Shown here in pieces: positions 40,907 to 54,200 of a stretch of 64,000 nt of DNA (the stretch's first letter is position 1; each line of letters begins with the position of its first letter). A model generated the notes under the pieces. That model was not told the origin of the DNA. It saw only the letters and a list, made by a program, of their open reading frames with translations, and searched no databases. Source of the stretch: Podarcis gaigeae (taxonomy: Eukaryota); NCBI GenBank assembly GCA_964106915.2, contig OZ066914.1; one strand, 5' to 3'. The position numbers and the translations under genes are program-made.

Positions 40907-43900
40907 TAATAATTTTCTTAAATTATTGGGGGGGCAGAGCCCCCCCAAACGAATTTTTGAGGGGGCTCGGGCCCCCTCAGGCCCCATGGAGTCGGCGCCT
41001 ATGCTTCCCAGTGTGGAAGAACAAAATGATAAAGGAATTAAAAATGAGAAAGTGTGTGTGTGTAGGTGTGGTTTTGCTAGCAAGGAAGGAGGGACCAGCA
41101 GCCCCAGGGTCAAGCTGAAACGCAAAGTCTGTGAGAGAAGAGAGTCTGGAATGTATAGCCTGTGTGTGAATAAGGCAAGGACTGGGATCCTTGACAAGGA
41201 ACACAGAGGCTCCAGCTGTCATCTCAAGGATTGCTTGCTAAGGAAGTCTGTTGAATAAACAAGAGGGAGGGGAAAAGATGAAGAACAGAAGATCTTGTTT
41301 TACATTCTTGAAGATTCTGTTTTACAACCTTGATGTCACAAGGCTGCGTATGGAAAACTCCCACTTTTGCCATGTGTGTAATCTTTTGTAAGGTATATAG
41401 GGCTTTAAGGGGTAGTAACTCTTAGGAGGGACACGCTGTGCTCCTTGTGGGGTAGTTTGTCCACCTTTTGGTCCCCATCCTGCACTCCACTCTCTCCTGT
41501 GACTCCTAGAAGCTGTCAGCTTGCGACAGCAGCCACACCCCAGGAACTGCTTCGACTAAACTGCCGGCTAAACCAGGTGAGGGTAATCAATGGGTCTCAA
41601 ACGCTCAGTGAGTTAGGGATTTCCCCTGCCTGCAAAGATGGGCTCCAGTGAACCGAGACCAATAGTGGGTCCAGTGGTCAAGAAGGCAGTTTTTGCACAT
41701 GCTGGTGGGGCTTGTCAACCTGAGAAGGCAGCCCATCTAGGAAAAAGAAAACTCTGATCCTAAACCTCTACTGCTTTGTGGGATATCTTCAGGAAAAGAA
41801 ATGACCAGGAGTAAACTCTACACAAATCCAGAATGAAGTCCCTAAGATGGTTGTATGGCATCTTGTACACCTCCTTCTGGCAACTCCCGTAGCCAATAGG
41901 TATTTGGATTCAACTGGCTGGGCTTGAACCCCAAAAGTCCCCCAACACAAGAGTGGAGGCTGAGATGAGGGAAATATTATAGAATGCTTTGCAGCCAGTA
42001 CAGTGTCAACCAAAGTTTGGCAGGTGGCTATCAGAGAAAGCCTCTGTGGCTTTAGGATGCCCTCTTCAGACAGGTTTGCCTGGCACGGGGATTGCAGTCT
42101 TTCCTGTCCCAGATGATCTTTTAATTTTTAATCTTACCTTCTTTAAAGAGCTTCTGTACTGCTGTTCCTCTCCCTTTTTTGTTTTGTTTTTTTTTAAACG
42201 TATTTTTTATTAAAGATTTCTTGGTTTACAAAAGTATGTGCAATGTCTCTTTTTTCAAGTTACATTTTCTACAGATCCATTTCATTTGTTGAGACATTAG
42301 TGTTACATTGGGAAGAAAAAGGGGGGAAGAGGTGGAGGGGGGCATGGTGAATGGGGACAGGGTCAGATGGCAAGGCTTCTATTCTACTTAATGTATGTGT
42401 GGGGTTTTATGTCAGCTTCGCTTGTGTGGGTTCACTTGTGTTCCTTTGGTGGTGAGAGAGATTGGGGTTGGCATAAGGTGTGGTTGTTTGTGATTGGCTG
42501 TGGTGAACTTTGTTTTCATGTGTGAGTGAGGTGGATGGGTATTTTTTAATTAGGTTAGCCATACTGAGTCATATGCTGTTGGTGGATTCTTGTCATCTTC
42601 TTGTTGGGCTGTATATGTGATAAAGGGGAGGGTGAAGGTGTCTTCTTCCATTTGTCCCCGTGTCAGTTTCAGTTTATTCGTTAATTTTTCTAATAAAGCT
42701 GTTTCCCATACTATCCTTTTTTTGGTTTTAACCCTGGATCTTATTTTGCTAGCGGTTTTGTTCCGTTTTAGTATTTTTTGTCTATTATATTTTATAATGT
42801 ATTTTTTGGGTCTTTTTCATGTAAACCACTGCAAAAACAACTAACAAAATGCTATATTCTACATAGCATTTTGCTCCACAGCCTCCATCCACTCTTTCTT
42901 CCTCTCCACCCGTTGTAACAAGCAGTGTGTATGCTGCACAGCAGGCGGACAGGCAGGCAGGCAGGCAAGGGGTGCCTGACCCAGCAGGACTAGGAAAAGA
43001 AACTGTGGACGCTTCTTGTCCCCTGCTGCCTTTGGAAATTTAAAAAAGGAATGTTCTCTTCATTTCCCCCCTGGCATTCCTAACCCCTGGCATTTACACA
43101 ACCCAGGTCAGGGTAAACAGATGACAGTACCATGCACAGCCTATTTCCTCTTCAGATGCTCCTTTCGGGCCTTCCCTTCCCTGAATCAGTGGTTTTGGTG
43201 CCATCGTGTGGTTGTTTTGTTGACTTTCAAAGGCTAAAAGTGGGAGGAAGCAACGCCCCCAAAGTTCCCTTAAATTATTCTCCCCCTTTGCCAACTGCTG
43301 TTCATGCAATGTTTCTACAACCGCCAAGCAACTCTCAGACAGTATTCCACTATTTGGAAGGAATGAATGGTTTTCTTCATCCTGCTGAAAGATTGCAGCG
43401 AGCAACTGTGTTGACCCTGAAATTCAGATTCCCTTCCTCTGCCTTCTGACATTGTCAGGACATAGCCAAAACATCAGGTTCAGGAAGGTCTGTGTAGCTG
43501 GTGGAGGAACAGGATGTGGAAAATAAGCTCTCATAGCATATGCAAAGAGAGACTTCTCTTAACCGCTGACTAACCAAACAGTGAAAATGCTCTGGAAGGC
43601 ATGTAAATGCCTTTTTGGTAGTCAAGATAACCCTGGGGCTAATTGGTGCAAGCTGTAAAATGAGATCATATGTGCTTATCTGCTTGCTTTGAAGCCTTAG
43701 TTTTGATTTAGCGAGTTGGGAGAGGGGAGGCTGCTATTCATAGTAGGTCAGTTATTCCCTTATCTGAGAGATGGATGAGAACTGGAAAGAGGCTTCTAAA
43801 CCGAGTTAATTGGACTGTTGATGCCAGCATATGCAGCTTGCTTTTTGTATAAGTAACGCTTAGCATATGAGCCTCTCAAAGACAAGATGTGGCAAATGCT

Positions 43901-44310
43901 TGCTGTTTCGGCATCCATCCCAAGTCTGTAAAGGTAGCAAGGTCTTCTGCACTGCCTTGCAAGTTTCCATCTGGGAAACCTGCTGAAGAACCTTTGGAAC
44001 TGTCAGAGGAGGAGGTAGGAAGAAATCCTTGAAAATGCCAGCCTCGAGGGGTTCAGTTCTGGTCTGAAGAAAGACTACTACTGACTTGCAGTTTTATTTA
44101 TTTATTTCATAAAATGTATATACCACTTGACTGTCAAAAAATTCTAAAAGTGGTTTACACTCCCCCATATATAGGGGGAAATTGTGTACATTTGAAAACG
44201 TGGGCAGCATTAAGATAAATTCAACAGTGTAAATAAGTTTTGATAGATGTAATAATGGAATACTGAATGGTTTAGTTTATGTAAAATATGCAGGGATTTA
44301 TGTTATGCAA

Positions 44311-44661
44311 GGACGTGGGTGGCGCTGTGGGTTAAACCACAGAGCCTAGGACTTGCCGATCAGAAGGTTGGCAGTTCGAATCCCCGTGACAGAGTGAGCT
44401 CCCGTTGCTCAGTCCCTGCTCCTGCCCACCTACCAGTTCGAAAGCACGTCAAAGTGCAAGTAGATAAATAGGTACTGCTCCGGCAGGAAGGTAAACGGCG
44501 TTTCCGTGCGCTGCTCTGGTTCGCCAGAAGCAGCTTAGTCATGCTGGCCACATGACCCGGAAGCTGTCTGCGGACAAATGCCGGCTCCCTTGGCCAATAA
44601 AGCGAGATGAGCACCGCAACCCAAGAGTCGGTCACAACTGGACCTAATGGTCAGGGGTCCC
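44311..44661 (+). mobile_element. Full-length Sauria SINE
   Basis: Complete head to tail; TSD tttatgttatgcaa on both sides. Confidence 0.9.
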
Positions 44662-45204
44662 TTTATGTTATGCAAAATGAACCATGGAAAGAGAAGGAGG
44701 GATGTCATTGATACATTTTAGAATATTCATTTAAACAACCTTAAAGTAAAACAGAAAATTTAATAAAAATTATAGGGTGGGGAATATAAGTGGTTTACAC
44801 TCCCCCCTCCCCTCCCCCAATGCTAATCACAATGTACCATAATCAACTTAACAGGAAAGTTTTTGGGATTTCTTCAGACTAGCTGCTCGCCCCTCCCTCC
44901 ACAAAAAAGAAAAGAAAAATAAGTTCTTTTCCTTTTCTCTCCATTGCAGAACCTTTCTGTCCAGGAAGGAAGCCACATCTCTAAGGTTGTCAGTGGTGGT
45001 GGGTGGGTGGGAATTTCAGCTCCCACTTCAGCAGGTTGGTTATATACACAATGAATGCGGTCAAGAACTCAAGATTCAGGCTCTTCAGTATTGCTGCATG
45101 CTAACATGAACCACAAAGCCTCTAAGATACTACTGGCTGGCTGCTACGGTTGCAAAGGCCTGGTAGTTTTTTCATACTTGTCATAGAATCAAAACAAGCT
45201 GGCT

Positions 45205-48200
45205 TTAAATTGTCTCAACCTTCTGGATCCAGCCTGCGGCTGCAGGGAAGGAGATACTCTGTCCTGAAATAGAACAGAAAGCACACAAGCTGTCAACTCT
45301 TCTAGTATCATCATCTTTTTAGCCTTCTATATAGATGCTGCAGAGGATCAATAGGTCTCCTGAGGTAACAAATTATTCCACCTATATTTAGCTTGTCTTA
45401 GGGCGTAAATATTTAGGGAAGTGGATCCAACAGGTTGGTTGCAGCTTGAACAGGAGGCATTTCTTAAAACCACCACCAAGGTGGTGAAACCTTTCCTTGC
45501 CATCTTTGCTATATACCAAGGGTGGTGTTCAACTAGGTTTTCCTCAGAGTAGGCCCACTGAAACAAAGGAACATGACTACACCAGGCCCATTAATTTCAA
45601 TGGGTCTACTGTAGTTCAGTACCAACCCAAGAATATACCTCAATTTGTTAAAACATTCAGCTAAGTGGGAGGGGATCTCCCTGTCAGCAACAGGAAACCT
45701 TGATAATACCAGCTATAGGAGATGATGCTGTACCTTCATTTAAGGGAAGATGCTCGCCCGTTCCTGCCAGCACAGCCTCCAGACCAGGTGGCTGTAGGAC
45801 AGAGGAGGCCTGTGTCACTCGGATGGTGACATCTTCTTTGGTAAGGGTGAAATCCAGCTTGCTTCCTAAGTAGCACACGCCGGTGATCTTTAGTTTCTTT
45901 ATGTCATCTGGACAGATGGGGTCAAACTTCAGGTGCTTCTTTGTGATCCTAAAGGAAGTAGAGGAAGACTTCCTGTTGGAAAGTCAAGAAGGCACCCTAC
46001 TTCTTTTCCCTCTCACTTTCCACACCCCACATTCACAATGGGCTGGACAGCTTAGTATGGTTCCTGCCAGTTGTGCAGGCTGGCAGAGATCAGAAGCAGC
46101 CATCAAAGATGGACTGTGGCAATTAGAACCCACCTGGGAACTATCTGACGGTGCCCCAGCAAAGCTACCACAGAGATTAAATCCCCCCCCCCCACGTCTC
46201 CTTCTGTTGATTTTGCTTCTGTAAATATTAATCTTCATTTTGACAACTGCCTTCTGCCTTTTTAATACCAGCATTCTAACTGTGACAGATCAATATAAGT
46301 AGAAATCTATATATACTTTATCAACACAATGCTGATTATGCAAAAGCACTGAGGCTCCCAGGCATAGCTGAAGGCACCTGAGGACAGACCAAGAAACACC
46401 CTTAGGAGGGCATTTTCCCACTTCCTCTCAAAACCGGACCTGATTTGAGTACTTCAGCCATTTCCTGTTCTTTCTTAACTTAGAGGCAGCTTCGTGGTTA
46501 TTTTTATCCGAGTGCCGAGAGGCTCTATCCCACTTCAGTATTGACTCAATCTTTGTTAGGACAAGCTTTGTGGCTGCAACTAAGTTTCCCACACATGTTG
46601 ATTGCAAATAAACCAAAAACCAAAAAAAACCCAAAAAACCAAGAACGCCTCTGCTATTCCTCCCACCTCAGGCCAGCCAAACTTAAATCACACTAGTCCA
46701 GAGATAAAAGCCCTTCCTCCTAATAACATCTCTCCACTGGAACTGTTTGCTTGTGTTGCCCTGAAATTTGGGTGATGCACCCACAACACTTTCCTCAGTA
46801 TGAAGATCAGATTGGGGACAAATCAGGGGGAAACTGGATTACTTCAATCTCGGAGCCAGGGGGTGTACAGGCTTTACTGGGGCAGGCTAGAGAGTGACTC
46901 ACCATGGTCCAATCCGGCAAGAGTAACCATTTAAAACCAGCCCCCCCATCCCTATTTGAAGCTCTTTGTCAAGTTGCAATCACTCCCCAGTCATCCAGCA
47001 GGGTGGCAGGGACAAGGAGGGATGGGGATTCATCTTTCCTGACTCCAACAAGTCATTACAGAGGCAACAGGTGGAACCTGCAGCTCATATGTGATTCAGT
47101 TTCCTGATGTAGTGAGCACCTTTTTGATAGGAGCTGCCATTCTTTTTATTCCAATGGACTTCAGGACCCTGTACATTCAGCAGCATAGCTAGCTGCTTGG
47201 GTGCCCAGTGTGGCAAGCATGGGGGGGGGGCAGGGCACGCCAGAGTCCCACTGGCTGAGCCCCATTCCGCTCTGACGCCCTGCAAGCCCACGTTGCTTTT
47301 TTGAGCAGCGCAGAGCCTGCCGGGAGTCTGGCCTTCGCCTCCCCCTCAGCTGTAGCGCAGCTGAGTGGGAGGTGGCAGGCAGCATGGAACCAGCAGGCAA
47401 CCGAGCCACTGTGTCACTCCCATGGGAGACGTGTGGCTCGGGTGCAGTTAAGTGCCACCCCCCACGGTGTGGCGCCCAGTGTCCCCTTCTCCCCCCGTCC
47501 CCTAGCTATGCCTCTGTGCACATGAACATTATTGTTAATACAGTTTGCACCTGAATCCAGTGTATCCATAAACGATAGCCTGCAGAAATCCACTCATCCC
47601 TGTAAGGAAGTTCACAGCTCCTGATCCATCAGCGTTCTCCACCCAGATCTGAGAGAGTCAGAGAAATTTTTTTTTCAAGGATGTTGTTTGGAAAGGGTAC
47701 CTACAGGGATCAAATTTTAAGAAGGGATTAGGAAGGTTTGACTTGCCTGACCTTGAATGGCTCAGTGATATTGCTGAAACATTTGTTCAGTTGCTGTTGG
47801 GCTCTTCCGGTCTCCTTCAGCTCCAACCAGCCAATAGCAAACATGCTCTGATGGAGAAAAGGAACCAACCAGTGAGGGCCCCAGCAGCCTCATTCAGATA
47901 AATTCATTTCAGCAGCAAACCCATGGAAGACCCCGCACTGAAACCGTTTGAGGTTTCCACCCTTTTCAAGACAAGGTTTTTTACCCAGGTCATAGCTGGC
48001 CCCTGAGGGTCAGTCACTGGTTCATACATCTCTAGGTCATTCCTTCTGACTTCTGGGTCCATGGGATGCATGACAGGGAATCCAAGCAGGACGACATCAG
48101 CCTGTTTCACTTGCTCACCTGAGGAAAGAACAAGAGGCAAGATAGACATGTGACCCCGGCCCACGTGCTTTATGGTGAATCGTACTGGAAACGGAATTGC

Positions 48201-51200
48201 CAGACTACCTTGGGTGACAAGTAGCCTGTAATTTTCCTGTTAACAAGGAGGTATGATGAACAGCAGGCAAAAATTCTGCACTTGCAGCTCTTCCACAATG
48301 CATTTGCACTGGCTGTGCAGCAATTAAAAGGGCCTAGGAGCCCTGCCAGTGACCTTTTTCTGGGAGTCCTAGGAGACAGCTACCAGATATTTTTTAGTCA
48401 TCACCCTACAAAGGTGAGATCATGGTACAGTGATTATGCGAGAAAGCCATTCTTCAGCAATACATTCTCTATGAGACAATAAGTGGCTCATCATTGGCTT
48501 GATATTGCTTTATATAATAACAGCTTTTCAACTTAAGAATATTAGCTGGCCTGAGATGCCACGGTGGGCAAAATGCCCCAATGCAGCTCCCCCTCACATA
48601 TCCCGGACCCTACCTGTGCTGCCAGTCCCGTTGATGCAACTGTACCCTTACCTGTGGCTGCACCTGCGCTGCTGCCATGATGCAGTGGTGAGGGTGCAGC
48701 GGGCACAACAGCTAGGACAACAGTGCGGGAAGCCCCAATGGGGCTGGCTGTGGTGCCATGATGTCGTTTGGATCCATCACTTGGGGCAAATGGCTTCACC
48801 TTGCCTCATAAACCAGTTGCACTCAGGGGGCAAGACAAGTGCCTTCAAGGTGGTGAAACTGGATTTGGAGGATGTGTGAGGGAGGATGCATGTTCTCTAA
48901 GATGAATTCTCTTACCCCCCACCCCTCGTGTTACTTGAAACTGCTGAGTGTGTGTATGTGTGTTCGTGCAGACTAACAGACTCCTCAGGGAGGAAGCTGG
49001 ACTTCAATATGTGCCTTCCAAGGTCAATTCCCTTCCTTCCCCCTCATCTTCCAAATTGTGGAAAGAGAGGCGGTGTGTCTCCTCTGAACGCAGGAAACTC
49101 CACTTTTGCTGCCAAATGTAATGTCAACTTTGGCAGCGGAGGGTTTATGCTTCTCTGCTGTTCCCTGCTGCCAGTGTTCTGGGGTGGCATGAGGGAAGTG
49201 TGCATGGAGCACAAGAGACTGCAGTGCCAGAGCCATGCAAAGGTCCCAGGTTCGATCCCTGGCAAACCCAGGCAGGGCTGGGAGGGACTCCTGCCTCAAA
49301 CCTTGGAGAGACAGTGCTGGTCACAATATACAATACTGAGCTAGGTATAAAAAAGCTTCCTGGGTTCCTTGCCTCAGACTCTGCTACTCTGAGGTTTTTT
49401 GGGGAGCTAGGGTCTAAATACACTGGGGGTTCTCTCTGGTATGTGGGAAATCACTCCTATCCTCTGCCCATTTTGGTGCCCCACACGTTTGCACACGGAA
49501 ACCCATTTTACTAGCAAGGCAAGTGACACTAATGTGAAGACTTTGACCTGCACAACAACTGTTATAAAGGGTTAGGGCCCACCACACACTCCCTTGTCAT
49601 AAACCGACTCACCTGGGCAGTACCCATCATACTCTGGGTGGTAATTCCTGCTTTTATCAAAAGGCACTTTAATTTTCTTCTGAACTTCCTCCCACTCTTC
49701 AGGGATTGGAATATGCAACTGAGACCCCAAGTCAACCGCAAAATTCAAGCTGGAAAGCAGCAAAGAGAGGTAAAAAAAAAAAAGCTTTACAAAAAAAAGT
49801 GAAGAAGGAGAGAAAGAGTTGGGCTAGCAGGGCAAGGCTGAGAGCTACAAGGTGGGAAGCTTTAGGGTGCTTCTGGACTGCTTCTATTTTTGTGTGGGAT
49901 TCGGTCACTTAGTGGCAAATTCATGTTGCACAATTAAAGATGACTTGGAGGTCTTGCACAACAAAGCCCACCTCCTCCCCCAAATTGAAATTGTGGCAGA
50001 AAGGAAAGTCATGGGGAAATGTATTGGAAAGTGTGGGAGTAATGGTGCTTGATACGAGGTTTTGTAAGCTCCCCACAAACTAATCTGATTGAACGCTCAT
50101 TGAATAGCCCATGTCATCTGAGCTTTCCGCAAACAAATCAGGATGAATGTGGAAGCAACCTCCATGTTTTAAAAGGCATCAATCAAGCTGTCAAAACCTA
50201 AAGGAACTGTGAAGGAAAATGTTGGCGGGGCAAACAGGAAATGCAAATGGTCAGCCTAGCTCACACATCACACCATGGCTGAGCACTACTGTGCAGGCTC
50301 TGCGAGACGAGACTGTGGCCGGCTGGTTTGCTGCTGTGCCACACTGAGCTAACCCATAGTTAAGCTTTTTTTAATGGAACATGGAGCAAAGTTGTTTGAC
50401 TTCTTCCTGCAGCTAAACTAATCATTTAGAGCTGAGCTGTCCTTTAGGCAATAATCAGTATTGGAGGTAGGAATCAGTACTGATGGTTAATTCTGTAAAG
50501 AGATTTTGTTTTGTGTTGTTTGGTCTAATTTGAAGATCTTGCTGAGTTATTAATTTATTATAACAATTATTTCATTGTTGTTTTATCCCCTGCATCTTCT
50601 TCTATTCTGGTGCTACCTTATGCAGTGAATTTTATGGCCTTTCATAATTTTATGGTCAAGCAGCCTGCTATTTGGCAGAAAAGTGGCACAAACCTTCTGA
50701 AAATAACTTTTAATTAATAAATTAATTTATGGATTCCTTTGCCTGTATCCATCACCCAAGCATGAAGAAGAAGAAGAAGAAAGTCAGAAACCGGAAGAGC
50801 ATAGAGAGAAAATGTCATCAATTCGGCAAGTCCCTTACCTCCTCTGGGCAATGACATTGGTATAAACAGAGTTATCTACAGCAGAGTGATATTCATCAGG
50901 GGGCAGGACACCTAGAAGAAGGCAGAACATGGAATCACTTCCTGGATTTTTTGAAAATTCAGAATGAGCCCAAGTCAAGAAGTCAGATTCCAGGAGCCAA
51001 ACAAATGTTGCAGGTTAAGTCTATTGTGCATATACTTGTCTATTTTGCACTTCTTGCATATATCTGCTGTTAGGTATGGGATGCGGCAAGGAGTCATGCA
51101 GATAACTAAGCCCCACTTAGTCAGCAGTGGAACATGGCAAGCTGCTTTATATTGAATCAGATGGTGGCTCCAGCTGGCTCTATATTGTCTGCTCTACAAC

Positions 51201-54200
51201 GGCTGGGAATGACTCTCCAAGGTTTCAGAAGCAAAGGTCTCTCCTCGCCCTACCTGGAGATTGGAGCTGGGACCTTCTGCATGCCAGGCAGGGGCTCTAC
51301 CCCTGAGCTACAGTCCTTCCCTTCTATAGCCCCTCTGAGATTTTAGCAGTCACTGCAAACATAGTTCCAAGAGGCTAGAGATGTGCCTTAGAGAAAGGGC
51401 ATGCACACGGGCATGTATAATGTCCTGGTCAAAGCTCCTGCGCAAGCACACTCACTGCATTTTGGACACAGACGGACAAACTGTTTCGTCCCAGCATTGA
51501 GTTGGTGATGGTGGTGGGGAACCTGTTCTTCCAGTTTGCACATGTGAAGAAGGGCAGGGCTGAGGGCTGACAGGTTGGTCCTTGTGACATACACAGAGCC
51601 ATCTCTCCTGCTCCCCCAGAATTGTGTCTGGCTTCCCCTCAGAGGATTAAGGAAAGAGGCCAGAAAACCAAACCCAAATCACTTTGCACCTGAATGAGAA
51701 GTGTAATAGTAGTAGATTGCAGGCAGCTCAAGAGGCAGCACAGGAAATGCAAAAGTCGGTGTATGTCTTTTTGGTGAAGGAGGAGTCCCCCTTGCGCATA
51801 TTTACCAGGGATGTGGTAGCTCTGGTCTTCTGGGTTCCACACCACCCGGCTGCACCAGTACTGAGCCACAGCATGGACCACCTCCCAGCCTCCTGCCTGA
51901 TGGAAGAGCTCCAGGTCCTGGAACAAGACAGGAAAGAGGGGCTCAGAGGGCCACTGAGCTCCACGTTTCCATCCTAGAACAGGATAACATCAGCTGGATA
52001 GCTCAGTTGGTTAGCGCTTGGTGCTGATAATACCAAGGTTGCAGGTTCGATCCCCATAAAGGCCAGCTGCATATTCCTGCATTGCAGGGGGTTGATCCCT
52101 TCCAGCTCTATGATTCTGTGATCATGGTTCAGGGGGAATGAGAGGTAAATATCCGAAGATGCATTAATTGGAAAGAGGAATACGACACTGTCTTCAGAGA
52201 TGAAGCTCTCTCGATTTCAAAAGCAGGTCCCAAGGCTAGAGTTTTATTCATTTACCGGCAATGCCATACAATATGCCCAACACTTACCTGAGTGAAGTAG
52301 TAATACTGCTCAAATGCCAGCAAAACATCTCCATTGATGTGAATTTCTTCGTTTCCATAAACCTCCTCAGGGCACACCTCTCGGCCTGTTGCTGCACTCT
52401 CCCAGGGGAACTTCGCACCCTGCCACAATCAAATTGAGTAACACTCAAAAGAGATGATAATTCAAATGGTGATTCTCTGTGGGCAATTTCTGTGGGCAAT
52501 TTCAAACTCAGGACAACCTTGCACTTTAGCCGCTGTTGAAAGTCATGCGTACTAGACACTGTTTGTGACTCGCTTTGTATAATCCATTTGAAACAAATCA
52601 GAATGGTCCCATCTGCACTATACATTTAAATCAGAATCGTACCACAGTCATGGCTTCTCCCAAAGAGCCCTGGGAACTTTAGCAAAGAGCTACAATTCCC
52701 AGAGTGGTTTACTTATCATTTCTCTTTCCATGGGAACAAAACGCCATACCCAGGATTATTTTCTTACTAGCTGCATTGTGCAGTGTGGATGGGAAGCAGT
52801 GGGATATTATCAAATATGATGAGTGGAAAAAAATAAGAGTGCATGCACCCTCATGGGTCGATCTCTCTCCATCTCTCTTTTTAGACCTGAGCAATCCCTT
52901 TGTCAAGTAAGGTCCCCATTCTGTTCCTATTGCTCCTACCTTGTATCCTTGCTCCTGTGCGTTGCACAGAGCTCCTCCTAGCGTTCGAATCCGGTATTTC
53001 AGGATAGCAGAAGCTGCTTCCGGATAGAAAAGCAAGATGTTTGGGTACATCCAGGTATCCTGCGTTTAACGACAACATCACACATTATTATTAGATGGAG
53101 AAGCTCATAATCCTTCTAGCTCACCACCACTAACCTGGTCATAAAATCTGTATGTTGATTCTTCCTGAAGCTTTTAATGATGTAGGATAGTGGAAGCCCA
53201 CATAAGATGCTCTCTTAACAATGTCTAGAGAGCCACAGGTTCCTTGCCCCTGTATTAGGGGATAGTGCCCATGTCTGACTTTTTAGAGAGGTATATGCTA
53301 CAGATTTTCCCTTCCATGGCTTAAAAAAAAATACATGTTAGTTCAGTGGGGTGTATACAAGATAGTGTTCAAGAGCTAAAAACAGGTAACCTCTGGGATT
53401 TGTGAAAGGCTGACACCTACATACGTTTTAATACAGGCTGATCTTTTTACTCGAAGTCTATGTCCTTTTTCTTTGGTTTTCTTGAAGGGTTACCTCCAGT
53501 CTAGGAACCCCTTTAAATTTCTCCAACCTATAGTTCCAATTTCATTTTCTGGCATCTTTAGTTTAAAAGATCTCAGTCTATAGGACTGGAAAAATCTCTC
53601 TGCCTAACATCTTGGAGGGACTGGGTTAGATAAGACTTATAGTCCAACTCAGTTTCCTTGATTTTGAACAAGTCTTTCATGATCACTTACCACAAGCTGT
53701 GTATATAACACCACAATACTTCATTCTGGAGCTAGTTACACTAAACTTAAATAATATAGCACACAGAGAGAAAATTCTGCAGAATTCATGCCACCTCCTG
53801 TTCTTTATCTCTCAAAATTATATACAGTGGTACCTCGGGTTAAGTACTTAATTCGTTCCGGAGGTCTGTACTTAACCTGAAACTGTTGTTAACCTGAAGC
53901 ACCACTTTAGCTAATGGGGCCTCCCACTGCCGCCACGTCACCGGAACACGATTTCTGTTCTCATCCTGAAGCAAAGTTCTTAACCTGAAGCACTATTTCT
54001 GGGTTAGCAGAGTCTGTAACCTGAAGTGTATGTAACCTCAAGCGAATGTAACCCAAGGTACCACTGTACTCTGGAAAGCCAAAATTTGCCCAAGCAACCA
54101 AAGAATAAGCTCAGTTCGGGGCTATGTCTTCCCTACTGGCATCTCCTGATTTCTGCACTTCATCACTGGAGACTGGAAACTGGAGACACAGTAGTGCCTT

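Larger units (their letters stand above)
39169..41003. mobile_element. Non-autonomous hAT-type element carrying a captured host gene fragment (Pack-TIR)
   Basis: TIRs caggggcgccgact (39169) and agtcggcgcctatg (ending 41003); perfect 8-bp TSD cttcccag at 39161-39168 and 41004-41011. Confidence 0.88.

Noticed and set aside
41220-41930. Possible LTR or LINE 5' remnant
   Set aside because: Repeat-like, but termini and TSD could not be defined by eye.
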